A DNA stretch of 64,000 nt from a virus. Below the pieces are notes generated by a model. It was not told the origin of the DNA and did no database searches. It worked only from the letters and a program-made list of their open reading frames with translations. The translations under genes and the position numbers were made by a program. The stretch covers positions 1 to 64,000 of IMG/VR virus record IMGVR_UViG_3300025648_000012. One strand, 5' to 3'. Positions 38,612-47,716 of the stretch are shown one piece after another (positions within the stretch are counted from its first letter, which is position 1; every line of letters begins with the position of its first letter).

Positions 38612-40086
38612 TTTTCGTTTTTCCTTTCCTTTAGAGCCCGTCTTGCTGCAGTTCTAACATACGTGTTCTTATCCTTAGTTAGAAACTTAAGAACGGAAAC
38701 CGGGGTGTTAGGGTTCTCTGCTACTCTTGCTTTAACATAGCCCCCCTCATCTTTAGCTAAAACCTCAAGTAGGGCAACTGGTGTGTTAGGATTACCTGCT
38801 ACTCTTGCTTTAACATAGCCCACCTCATCTTTAGCTAAAACCTCAAGTAGGGCAACTGGTGTGTTAGGATTACCTGCTACTCTTGCTTTAACATAGCCCC
38901 CCTCATCTTTAGCTAAAACCTCAAGTAGGGCAACTGGTGTGTTAGGATTGCTAGCTACATCGCTCCTAACCCTCCAGTATCCATTTTTAGCTAAAACCTC
39001 AAGTAGGGCAACTGGTGTGTTAGGATTGCTAGCTACATCGCTCCTAACCCTCCAGTCTCCATTTTTAGCTAAAATTTCAAGTATGGAAACCGGGGTGTTA
39101 GGGTTCTCTGCTACTTGTATCGTTTCTGTTATACTCATTCCTTTAAGATCGGACGGTTTTATTTTGTGGTTAATAGCATAGGCATCACTATTAAGTTTAG
39201 AAAGACCTGGCTTAACCTTATACTCACCTTTAGGCTGTTTACTACCTAACCAAGTAGTAAATTGTGAAACTTTCTTTCTAAAGGATGCTGGGGCACTGCC
39301 GTATTCCTTTCTAGAAGCCTGAAATACTACTTGGCCTTTACTATTCTTATAAGGCAATAGCAATATCCTAGCTATAGGTCTATTGATGTTTAAGTCGTTA
39401 TCCCTTACTAAGTAGGCTACTAATGCCCCTTCCTTAATTAGAGTTTTGAGAGCCCCATTTTTTACTCCTTTCGCAAGGTTCATACAGGAAGTCCACCCTC
39501 TATCAAAAGAAATGCCCAATATGTCGTAGGGGTGTCTACTAATTACACAGACTAACTTACCTTCCTCTTGAGCGGTAACTCCTTTACGTTGTGGGTCACT
39601 ATCAAAGGCTTTTTTAGCTTCTGGGTCTTTAGATAGAACCTTACCTAGTCTAACTGTTCTACCATGCTTATCAATGGCTGTACCTAAAGTATAGTTATCC
39701 AGACTAAACCCTACTTTAGTAAGGTAGTCCTTAACTAGAGGAGGTACAGTTTCAGATACTTTATCATTGATAGCTTTAGAACCAGATAGTGGTAAGTAAA
39801 TACGGTAATTATTTCTAGAGGTATGAGCAAACGTTGCAAAAATGTTAGCATAGAGGTTCTTATTACCTACCCCTTTATATGGTCTGTATAGAGACAGTGG
39901 AATAGCCGCCTCAACTAGGAAAGAAGTAAGACCAACCCGTTTCTTAAAGATGGTAGTTACTAGAGCATAGTTATTCTCTTTCCCTTCTTTTTTGGCATCT
40001 TTTTTAGCATTGTCCCATTCTTTTTCTAAATGCTCTAAAGTTCCATGTCCTTCTTTACTCAGTTTTTTAAGGTAAGGAGTGGTCAT
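38608..40086 (-). CDS. Multidomain protein with C-terminal LRV/HEAT-like 24-aa repeats
   Basis: ISRHPYDI..RGWTSCM..RPIAR domain; six NPNTPV..LAK repeats. Confidence 0.8.
   Translation of the reverse strand: MTTPYLKKLSKEGHGTLEHLEKEWDNAKKDAKKEGKENNYALVTTIFKKRVGLTSFLVEAAIPLSLYRPYKGVGNKNLYANIFATFAHTSRNNYRIYLPLSGSKAINDKVSETVPPLVKDYLTKVGFSLDNYTLGTAIDKHGRTVRLGKVLSKDPEAKKAFDSDPQRKGVTAQEEGKLVCVISRHPYDILGISFDRGWTSCMNLAKGVKNGALKTLIKEGALVAYLVRDNDLNINRPIARILLLPYKNSKGQVVFQASRKEYGSAPASFRKKVSQFTTWLGSKQPKGEYKVKPGLSKLNSDAYAINHKIKPSDLKGMSITETIQVAENPNTPVSILEILAKNGDWRVRSDVASNPNTPVALLEVLAKNGYWRVRSDVASNPNTPVALLEVLAKDEGGYVKARVAGNPNTPVALLEVLAKDEVGYVKARVAGNPNTPVALLEVLAKDEGGYVKARVAENPNTPVSVLKFLTKDKNTYVRTAARRALKERKNEK
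38690..39115. repeat. 72-bp coding tandem repeat (about 6 units)
   Basis: TTTAGCTAAAACCTCAAGTAGGGCAACTGGTGTGTTAGGATT recurs every 72 bp. Confidence 0.9.
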
Positions 40087-40462
40087 TCTGCTTTCCCATG
40101 TTAGTTTGTAAGACTTGCAAGCGTTGCTGCGTTGCTTGCAAGGAGGTATTTGCAGATTCCAATGCCTTCTTTTTTTCTAATAGAGGAACCGTAGAGTTAG
40201 CTACAGGAGGTAAAAGTACGGTTGGTTTGTTGTTATTAGCAGTAACAACAGCAACGAGTACCGGCTCTGTTCCCGCCAAGCTTGACACTTCGCTTGCTAA
40301 TTGCCGTAGTTGCCAATTAACTCGATCTAAATTCTTTTGGGTTTCTTCTGCTTTGGAGTATCTGTTGTCTAACTCAATGGAGACAGGTACAACAGAAACC
40401 AAACAAGCCACTAAAAGTGCGAGCATTGGTGGTATTCCGAGCTTTCTCAATAATTCAAGCAT
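40067..40462 (-). CDS. Membrane-anchored coiled-coil protein
   Basis: N-terminal TM segment, heptads. Confidence 0.55.
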   Translation of the reverse strand: MLELLRKLGIPPMLALLVACLVSVVPVSIELDNRYSKAEETQKNLDRVNWQLRQLASEVSSLAGTEPVLVAVVTANNNKPTVLLPPVANSTVPLLEKKKALESANTSLQATQQRLQVLQTNMGKQNDHSLP

Positions 40463-40486
40463 AGTTTAAATAAACACCTCTTCTAG

Positions 40487-41284
40487 TTAAACAATTACCA
40501 AGTTGGTTCCGCATTCCTGACAAAACTTAGCTTTAGCTTTGGAAACAGTACCGCAAGTTACACATTTGGCTTTACACTGCACTGTTAGTGGTTTATTGAC
40601 TTTTTTACCACCAACTTGCCCAACGAGCTTTAAGACCATTACATGCACTGTTTTTTCAGTTATTAAATCCTTGACTTCAATAAATGATTGAGTAGAGATT
40701 GCCCCAGGAACAGTTATTCCACTCTTCTGCTCACTATTCATTACCTCACTACCCACTGGCCCACTTACTGTTGTAGTGCTTGAGCACCAGATACTATCGG
40801 GAGTATAGGGTTTGGTAAAATCAATATAAGGAGAATAATAGGGTGGGTATATTCTAAAATATTCGGGCTTAAAATAACCGTACGGACTAGGAAATGTCGA
40901 CTTGGAAGGTTTTACTTTGTCTATTGTATACCTGTCCTCATTACTATCCTCAAAGGAGTATTCAACTCGTATTAGTCCATCTTCTGAGTTAACTCCCCTT
41001 ACTTTCTCAATTTTTTTCGTTCTTTCAATAAACTTAAACTTGTTCCCTTTGTTTAAGTCGCTAATGAAGCGTTCAACTTCTACTGTTTTATTGGGTTCAA
41101 TTACTAAAGCATAGTTTGAAAATGGTTTACCATCAATCTCAATTAGCGCTTTGCATCTTCTTGACTCCAAATTCTTAAAGATAACGGAGTATTCACAGCC
41201 AAAAGGCAATTTAACGGTATCTCCAGACTCCTTAAGTACTTTACCTTCAACTTTTACAGCCACGACTAACTTATTTGCGTACAT
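40487..41284 (-). CDS. Conserved phage protein with C-terminal double Zn ribbon
   Basis: CVTCG..FCQECGT; own late motif at 41363. Confidence 0.7.
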   Translation of the reverse strand: MYANKLVVAVKVEGKVLKESGDTVKLPFGCEYSVIFKNLESRRCKALIEIDGKPFSNYALVIEPNKTVEVERFISDLNKGNKFKFIERTKKIEKVRGVNSEDGLIRVEYSFEDSNEDRYTIDKVKPSKSTFPSPYGYFKPEYFRIYPPYYSPYIDFTKPYTPDSIWCSSTTTVSGPVGSEVMNSEQKSGITVPGAISTQSFIEVKDLITEKTVHVMVLKLVGQVGGKKVNKPLTVQCKAKCVTCGTVSKAKAKFCQECGTNLVIV

Positions 41285-41373
41285 TTTACTTCTCCTTAGT
41301 TTAACAGCCTACAGACTAAAGGCTCAAAAATTAAAGTCTGTTCCTTGTTTACTTCCAACCTAAAATTGTTCTG

Positions 41374-42837
41374 TTACCGTATACCTCCATAACTCCAGTA
41401 AGGGGATGCGGGACCTACTGTCTGCCCTACCGCTCCTATCTGGCCTACCTGTGCTGCTAAATTAGAACCCACAGCCCCAGTTCCTCCCAAAACTCCCTTA
41501 TAGGTGAGATTAACTTTTAGTTGTTTTAATCCATTATCTAATTGCTGTTGTATTCTGCCTATTGCGGAATCCAATGCCTGGGTCTTGTCTACGTCCAATT
41601 GTATGGAGGCCCCCTGAAAGTTAAATGCTTTTTCACCTTCTAGCAGGTATTGAGCCTCTAATGCTTGAATTGTAGCACACTGAAGAAGGTATTCTCGAAT
41701 TGGCCCTGCTGCTTGAGTAAAAGTAAAGGAGGTGAATACTCCATAAGCTCCATTGAAGTAATCTCCACCCATTCTAAGGTATCTCAAAAGCTCTGTGGGT
41801 TTGTATTGAGAATCAGCAACACCCCACAAAGTCTGATTAGCCTTGTTTACTCTTGCTTTTAGATCATCCATACAGGATAGCATAGTAGGCGTAGTAATGT
41901 AGAGCGTAGAAGTCTGCCTAAAGGTAGGCCCACCCGAGTTAGAATACCCCCAGACTACGGTGTAGGGAATAAAAGAAGGTGGTAAAATAGGTTGAGTTTG
42001 CAGTACCGCAGAATAAAGCCACCCATTTTCTACTTGCACTGGAGATGTTGGTAAAGTATTTGCAACCAATACATCTGTATTATTATAGATATTCAATGTG
42101 ACATTGGAATATGCGTTATCGGTAACACACGCTAAGCTTACTGGGTCTCCAAACAGCTCTATTGCATCCTCTGCACCCGTGGAAGCAACCGAAGATTCAA
42201 TCCAAACAACTTCGTAAGAATACAGAATAGCGGAATTAGGCAGTGTTAAGGTATACCTTATTTGGTATGGAGAGCCTGGGGTAATGGGTAGAGTTTGTGG
42301 CGCTGTAACTACAGCGTTAGCAACAATGGTCTGATTCGCTCCATTACTTGTTGAGTTTGCGACATAGCAATTACCAGAAGACCATACAACAGAAGAAGAA
42401 TCTACTAATTCCCAAATAATAGAAGACCCTGTAGTATTAACATCCGCAGCTAAACTAAATACAACGGTTGATAAAGCAGATTGCCCAAGTTGCATTTTAC
42501 CAAGTAAATCTTGGTAGGATTGTGGAGCTTGGTACGCATTTTGTACGAAAGAAGATGGCTGTATAACGCACACTAGCATGAAAGAATAGGTAGCTAGGTT
42601 AGTTACAACAGTTAAAGGGGTACCGTAAGTAGTCTGGTTTGGTGCAACAATGGAGCCACCAGAAAAGGTTGCAGTTAAAGTGGAAGAAGTCGAAGCAACT
42701 GTAACTGTGGGAGCTCCAGTAGTAGGCGTAGTGGAGCCTACTGTCGCACTGGTAATAGTCTCGGTTAATCCCAAAGTAATGGAAACAGGTTGAGTTAAAT
42801 TAGCTGCGCCTACTTTTGAATACACATAGGTAATCAT
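41374..42837 (-). CDS. Virion structural protein (Ig-like N-terminus, probable neck/adaptor C-terminus)
   Basis: T/S-rich beta N-terminus; C-terminal AFNFQGASIQLDVDK. Confidence 0.55.
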   Translation of the reverse strand: MITYVYSKVGAANLTQPVSITLGLTETITSATVGSTTPTTGAPTVTVASTSSTLTATFSGGSIVAPNQTTYGTPLTVVTNLATYSFMLVCVIQPSSFVQNAYQAPQSYQDLLGKMQLGQSALSTVVFSLAADVNTTGSSIIWELVDSSSVVWSSGNCYVANSTSNGANQTIVANAVVTAPQTLPITPGSPYQIRYTLTLPNSAILYSYEVVWIESSVASTGAEDAIELFGDPVSLACVTDNAYSNVTLNIYNNTDVLVANTLPTSPVQVENGWLYSAVLQTQPILPPSFIPYTVVWGYSNSGGPTFRQTSTLYITTPTMLSCMDDLKARVNKANQTLWGVADSQYKPTELLRYLRMGGDYFNGAYGVFTSFTFTQAAGPIREYLLQCATIQALEAQYLLEGEKAFNFQGASIQLDVDKTQALDSAIGRIQQQLDNGLKQLKVNLTYKGVLGGTGAVGSNLAAQVGQIGAVGQTVGPASPYWSYGGIR

Positions 42838-42840
42838 TAT

Positions 42841-43236
42841 TTAGCAGTCCTTAATTCTAAAAAAACATCCATTGTTCACTAAATACTCTCCTAACTTTGG
42901 GTGAATGTCTTGAGGTAGTTTCCTAATGTTAAACCAACCGTGTGTAGTATGTTCGTGGTTTAGTTTAATTTCTGGTTTTGTATTCACTCTTCTAAGGAAA
43001 TAATGAAAAGTAAAGTCTTTACTGGGATTAGATTTACCCACATATTCGTTCTGAGTAGTGTCCAAGTTAGTTTCTTCTTTAACTTCTCGTTCTATAGCTT
43101 CGTTCATTGCTTCGTCTGGTTCTACGCAACCTCCAGGTAAATCCCAGGTATGAGGAAAATCTCCAAACTTGGAACGCTTAAGCAACAATAGCTCATTACC
43201 ACACATTATTAGTAACCCACAGGCTTCGTTTTTCAT
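42841..43236 (-). CDS. NUDIX hydrolase
   Basis: Nudix box PGGCVEPDEAMNEAIEREVKEETN. Confidence 0.9.
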   Translation of the reverse strand: MKNEACGLLIMCGNELLLLKRSKFGDFPHTWDLPGGCVEPDEAMNEAIEREVKEETNLDTTQNEYVGKSNPSKDFTFHYFLRRVNTKPEIKLNHEHTTHGWFNIRKLPQDIHPKLGEYLVNNGCFFRIKDC

Positions 43237-43244
43237 TTATGTCT

Positions 43245-44084
43245 TCAAAGAAAGTTTAGAGAAGGAATAGAGGGAATATGTAGGCCTAATTTATTCGCCA
43301 AGGTTATGGAACTGCCACTACTTGTACTTCCGGGCCCAGAAGTAATGAAAGTCCCAACATCTTCTATGGAAAAGGTAACTGACAAGTTTAATAAGGCTCC
43401 ACTTCCACTATCTAACTCGGTTAAAGAAGTTGTTGTTGGAAAACACCTTGATGCGTTAACCGTAATAGTTTCAGTTCCATTCATAGCAAGTATATGGAGT
43501 TTAATAGGCTTTTTGTAAGTGCTTGGAAATCCGTAAACTCCACGGGCTCCTTGAGCAGCATATCCGGTAGAGATCAAGTTAAACCAGACACCTATGTAGT
43601 TTTGCGATTCTCCAGTTGTATCCAAAAAGAAATCGGCAGTTATTTCAGGACTAGATAAGCCAGAAATTGAATTTGTTGTTACTCCAGCTCTAGTTATTTG
43701 CTCTGTGGAATACGATCTTATTGGAATTACTATTTTGTGGCAGTAGTACCAAGGAATAGGTGTTGGGTACCCCGCAAGTGGAGGAAAATCTACAAACCAT
43801 TTCCAAGTTTGCAGTTGATCTCCAAGTTTGTTAAGACCATAATAACCATTACCGTCTGATAATCCACCAGCACTTGTGGATTTTGAAAAACCAAATAGAG
43901 AAGCAATAGTGTTCGCTGTTCTAATGCCCTGCCCTATTGTATTTGCAATCTGGTTAGCATCAGTTTGAAGCGTAAGTATACTATTGGTATACTTACCTTG
44001 TACTGAATTTACAGCATTGGATACCGCGTTTCCAGCTAATCTAAAGTTGTTTGTTAGCTGCTCTGCTCCACCAAGATTGCTCAT
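43245..44084 (-). CDS. Tube-like baseplate / tube initiator protein
   Basis: gp19/gp54-like WKWFVDF..W..I..YKK..CFPT..VTFS. Confidence 0.6.
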   Translation of the reverse strand: MSNLGGAEQLTNNFRLAGNAVSNAVNSVQGKYTNSILTLQTDANQIANTIGQGIRTANTIASLFGFSKSTSAGGLSDGNGYYGLNKLGDQLQTWKWFVDFPPLAGYPTPIPWYYCHKIVIPIRSYSTEQITRAGVTTNSISGLSSPEITADFFLDTTGESQNYIGVWFNLISTGYAAQGARGVYGFPSTYKKPIKLHILAMNGTETITVNASRCFPTTTSLTELDSGSGALLNLSVTFSIEDVGTFITSGPGSTSSGSSITLANKLGLHIPSIPSLNFL

Positions 44085-45208
44085 TTTGAATTCATTGTAT
44101 GAATTATTTTTCCAACTTGAGAGTTATCTAATCCATACTTATCTTTTAGCCACTCCAAGTCTGCTCTATTTATGTTATTTTCAAAATCACTAATGAAGAA
44201 CCTTACAGTTTGCCCCTGGCCCTGCATTGAAATTCTGGACTTAGTAGGACGTTTTAGAAGTTTTTTAACATCCAAGAATAATTGTTCCTTTATTGAGTCC
44301 ATTTTTTTAGAGTCAAGTCCAGGCTTAAGTACAAAAACTAAAGAGTCATTTACAACCTTAACGGTCTTAATGGAGTTTTTAACTGAAAAATGCTCTTTAC
44401 TTAAATCTTCGGGCTTACTTTTTAAGTTGTACTCTATTGGTAGGTTTCCTAGCTCGTTAGAAAAACCTTCTAACTCTAGTTGATTGCCTATTTCTTTAAT
44501 AGCCTCTTTAACAGAAGTTACGGCTACTCCCCCCTTGAGTTTAGAAGGTATAGCAAAGTCTGGTTCTAGAAAAATGCGAGTAGTTTGCTCATCTACATTC
44601 CACTGAATAACTACATACAACTGAGGGGTTATTCTGTTACCGGAAGATACTTTCAAAAGTTTAATGTAACCAGTGAAAACCAATTTACCGGAAACATCTG
44701 TAGAGACATACAAGTAGCTTTCAGAAGACTTGAATTTAAGTGCTCTGGTTAGCTCCTGCCCTACGGCGTTTGCGTAATTACGAAATTCCTCAGGAACGTG
44801 CTTTCTTGCCACGTTGTTTAACCATTGCATGAGTCCTGTTAAAGCCGCAGCAACCTGATTTCTAAGTTTATTGAGTTCCCCCAATACTTCCGTTGCTTTA
44901 GGAAATTTCATTTTTGCAATGGATTCTGCCTCTTGGACAGAAAGGTATTGTTCATGCAAAAGCTCTGCAGTTTTGTATTTTGTCTGCAGAGTTTTCATTC
45001 CAGGAATAACAATTTTTGGAAAGTCTGTGTTTACTTTAACCTGCTTGTAGCCTTTTTTAGACCTATTTGAGGAGATATCTAGGTATTCTCCACTAGCGGA
45101 CTCAATTCTTACTCCTTGAGCATCCAGCATATTAAGAGTTTTCTTAAGCTCTTGTGACTGCTTTTCAGCCCAGGTTTTTAAGTCTTCCGCGCTTCTAAAG
45201 TCTTCCAT
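44081..45208 (-). CDS. Virion-associated hypothetical protein
   Basis: Long ORF in the late operon. Confidence 0.6.
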   Translation of the reverse strand: MEDFRSAEDLKTWAEKQSQELKKTLNMLDAQGVRIESASGEYLDISSNRSKKGYKQVKVNTDFPKIVIPGMKTLQTKYKTAELLHEQYLSVQEAESIAKMKFPKATEVLGELNKLRNQVAAALTGLMQWLNNVARKHVPEEFRNYANAVGQELTRALKFKSSESYLYVSTDVSGKLVFTGYIKLLKVSSGNRITPQLYVVIQWNVDEQTTRIFLEPDFAIPSKLKGGVAVTSVKEAIKEIGNQLELEGFSNELGNLPIEYNLKSKPEDLSKEHFSVKNSIKTVKVVNDSLVFVLKPGLDSKKMDSIKEQLFLDVKKLLKRPTKSRISMQGQGQTVRFFISDFENNINRADLEWLKDKYGLDNSQVGKIIHTMNSK

Positions 45209-45213
45209 TATAA

Positions 45214-45759
45214 TTATCCTCTTTTAGATCTAGCAGCTTTTGCTAATTGTGTTCTTTTCTTCAAAGGTTCTTTTGGTTTTTTCCTTTTTACCTTTTCTTC
45301 TACCTTAAAGTCTTCAAGTACTTTTTTAACCATAGGAGTTTCTTTAACTGCTGGAACTTGCTCAACTATAGTTAGATTTGGCTTTTTAACTTCCCGAATT
45401 GTGGGTTTAATTTCCCCCATGAGTTCTGAATATGTTAGTTTTGTTTTTTCTTTAGAAACTGTATTTTTATTTGCTTGATCTCTTTCTCTTCTTTCTTTTC
45501 TCGAAAAATTTGCTATTAACCAGTACATAGGAAGAATAGTTAGAACCAAAGCCAAGTTAGAATAAGTAACATTGCTTGGTTCACTATGCAAATAGGAGTA
45601 AACTAATGACCATAAAGCAAACGCTGCTCCAAGTTGGGGTGTCTGTAGAGCATATCGAGTAACCACCGATTTTGAAGCATCAGTATAAAACCCTATTGCT
45701 AATCCTAAGCCCATTAGTGAAGCCAGAATAAAGGCGTAAACAAGTTCTAAACTATTCAT
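45214..45759 (-). CDS. Membrane protein (3 TM) with basic tail
   Basis: Hydrophobic segments. Confidence 0.6.
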   Translation of the reverse strand: MNSLELVYAFILASLMGLGLAIGFYTDASKSVVTRYALQTPQLGAAFALWSLVYSYLHSEPSNVTYSNLALVLTILPMYWLIANFSRKERRERDQANKNTVSKEKTKLTYSELMGEIKPTIREVKKPNLTIVEQVPAVKETPMVKKVLEDFKVEEKVKRKKPKEPLKKRTQLAKAARSKRG

Positions 45760-46255
45760 GGTTTTTACTTTTCTCCGTTGTATTAGAATGTATAAAAGGT
45801 GTTTCTAAACTTTCATGGTTAGCCTCTTCCAACCCCTTTGAACCAACAGGGAAAATTCTACTAAACAGATCCGCCAACCATGAGCCAGCAACAGTCCCAA
45901 CTAAAAGATTGATTAGGTAGTTTATGCGTGTTGTAGACCACCCCAGTACCCAAGCAAGAATAGTTGGAAGATACTCGTTGTCCAACCCAGGAAAGAAGTA
46001 CACAAGTTGCACTGCCAAAAACCAAGACCAAACTAATGCTATTGCTGTTCCAAGTACAATGTAGAACGCTGCTTTACCGCAGGATGAGACATGACCGTCT
46101 GACAACGATATAGATACGCCTGCCAATGCAGAAATAACAACTAACATTACGGAAGCTGCAACTTGACCAAAGTACCCAGTTAGTAATGCTAAAAACCCTA
46201 AAGATGACCCAGTTTTTAAGACAACAGAGCTTGTTCCAGTTTCAATAGCAGCCAT
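45752..46255 (-). CDS. Membrane protein (holin-like)
   Basis: 3-4 TM segments. Confidence 0.55.
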   Translation of the reverse strand: MAAIETGTSSVVLKTGSSLGFLALLTGYFGQVAASVMLVVISALAGVSISLSDGHVSSCGKAAFYIVLGTAIALVWSWFLAVQLVYFFPGLDNEYLPTILAWVLGWSTTRINYLINLLVGTVAGSWLADLFSRIFPVGSKGLEEANHESLETPFIHSNTTEKSKNHE

Positions 46256-46572
46256 TAAACTTTACCTCCTTCATCCTCAACTATGGGCTTCACAGTGAAG
46301 TAGATGTAACGAGAAGAAGGTGAGTGGTTTATTTCTAGATACAGAGAATGACTACTCAAAAGTTGTGAAATTCTTAGCAAGTTGTTCGGTCTCACTCCTT
46401 TTTTACCATACAGATTAAGTTCACCCATAACACGGAAAACTACGGAACCAGGCGTGGTCCTATTTGACATTTGAATTACATTGTGTTGGCTTTTTATTAA
46501 CATCTTTAACTGTGAAGCCCACGAAGGATATTGCACTCCACTACTATTTTCTTTTTGTTCTTTGGTGTTCAT
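46255..46572 (-). CDS. Hypothetical protein
   Basis: Coupled ORF. Confidence 0.55.
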   Translation of the reverse strand: MNTKEQKENSSGVQYPSWASQLKMLIKSQHNVIQMSNRTTPGSVVFRVMGELNLYGKKGVRPNNLLRISQLLSSHSLYLEINHSPSSRYIYFTVKPIVEDEGGKV

Positions 46573-46594
46573 AAAAACTACCCCTTATTTTTAG

Positions 46595-47716
46595 TTAAAA
46601 AGTAAAGCTATCTATTCCTTTGTTGTCTAATAGCGCTGACCTCACAGATTTTTGTACTGTTGGTCTATATTGTGGAAGCTGAATGAGTAGCTCTTGAGGT
46701 TGGCACGCTCTTACTGTGCATTCCCACCCCAATAAATCCTTACGCCTTGAAGACCAAGGTGTTACATTCTCAACAACTAATGTTTTTCCGTATTCTTGTT
46801 CCTTAATTACATCCTGTGCAGTAAGAGAAGGAATGTCCGGAGATAATATAATTGAAAACGGATCAGTCAATTCCAATAGCGCTAAATCTGCTGATCTTGG
46901 AAGTTTTGGTAGTTCCATGTAAATTGACTCAGAAGAGAACCCTAACTGTATCTCAAAGTGAGTAAAGTTTTCAGTTGTAGTTAGCTCTATTACATGAGGT
47001 AATCCGTCGCAAAATTGAAGAATGTTTAGCCCCTGTAAGAGTGTGTTCCCAATGGTTGGGTTTGTTACAATCTTTTTCGTTCCGTTATACCCTTGTACCG
47101 AATCCACTAACACTGCACCCTTAGGGAGTGTAATAGTGGCCGTATGAGTACCTGGACTTAATTCATACGTTAATGGGTCTATGAGAGAATGAGTATTAAA
47201 ATCTGTTGGAACTAAAACTTGTCTCCACCCTCTAAAAGGTTGATATCCACCGACAAAAGAGGAACCAAAGCAAATGGGGCAAGCAATGTCCGTTAAACCA
47301 TAACTTCCAATATCGAACACCACAGGGTCCCTAATTTCTTTTTCAACAGTTTGTCCATTTCCTGTTTCGTCAAAGGTTGCTTTGTTTACCGCTCCATTAT
47401 TTGTTGTTCCTGTTCCATATTCAGTAATACCAAACTGCATACCCAATAAAAAGTCATCAATAACTCCGGGTTTAGCGTTTCCGTGTTCGTCTAATTGCGA
47501 CGTCTTAGAGGATAGTATTTTGTTAGCTGCTTTACAGGAGCATACTCTACCTGTAGTTAGCCTATTATAGAGTAGACCTGCAACTCCCTGCACTCTAAAC
47601 GCAGAAATCATGCGTTGTTGCTGAATTGGAGTTATTTGTTTAACCATAGCTTCAGCTACATCTGCATTTCGAGCATTGTTAGCTGTTAAAGTTGACCTTC
47701 TTTCGAGAATTGGCAT
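46595..47716 (-). CDS. Putative head completion / neck protein
   Basis: GRVCSC and CPICFGSSFVGGY motifs. Confidence 0.5.
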   Translation of the reverse strand: MPILERRSTLTANNARNADVAEAMVKQITPIQQQRMISAFRVQGVAGLLYNRLTTGRVCSCKAANKILSSKTSQLDEHGNAKPGVIDDFLLGMQFGITEYGTGTTNNGAVNKATFDETGNGQTVEKEIRDPVVFDIGSYGLTDIACPICFGSSFVGGYQPFRGWRQVLVPTDFNTHSLIDPLTYELSPGTHTATITLPKGAVLVDSVQGYNGTKKIVTNPTIGNTLLQGLNILQFCDGLPHVIELTTTENFTHFEIQLGFSSESIYMELPKLPRSADLALLELTDPFSIILSPDIPSLTAQDVIKEQEYGKTLVVENVTPWSSRRKDLLGWECTVRACQPQELLIQLPQYRPTVQKSVRSALLDNKGIDSFTF

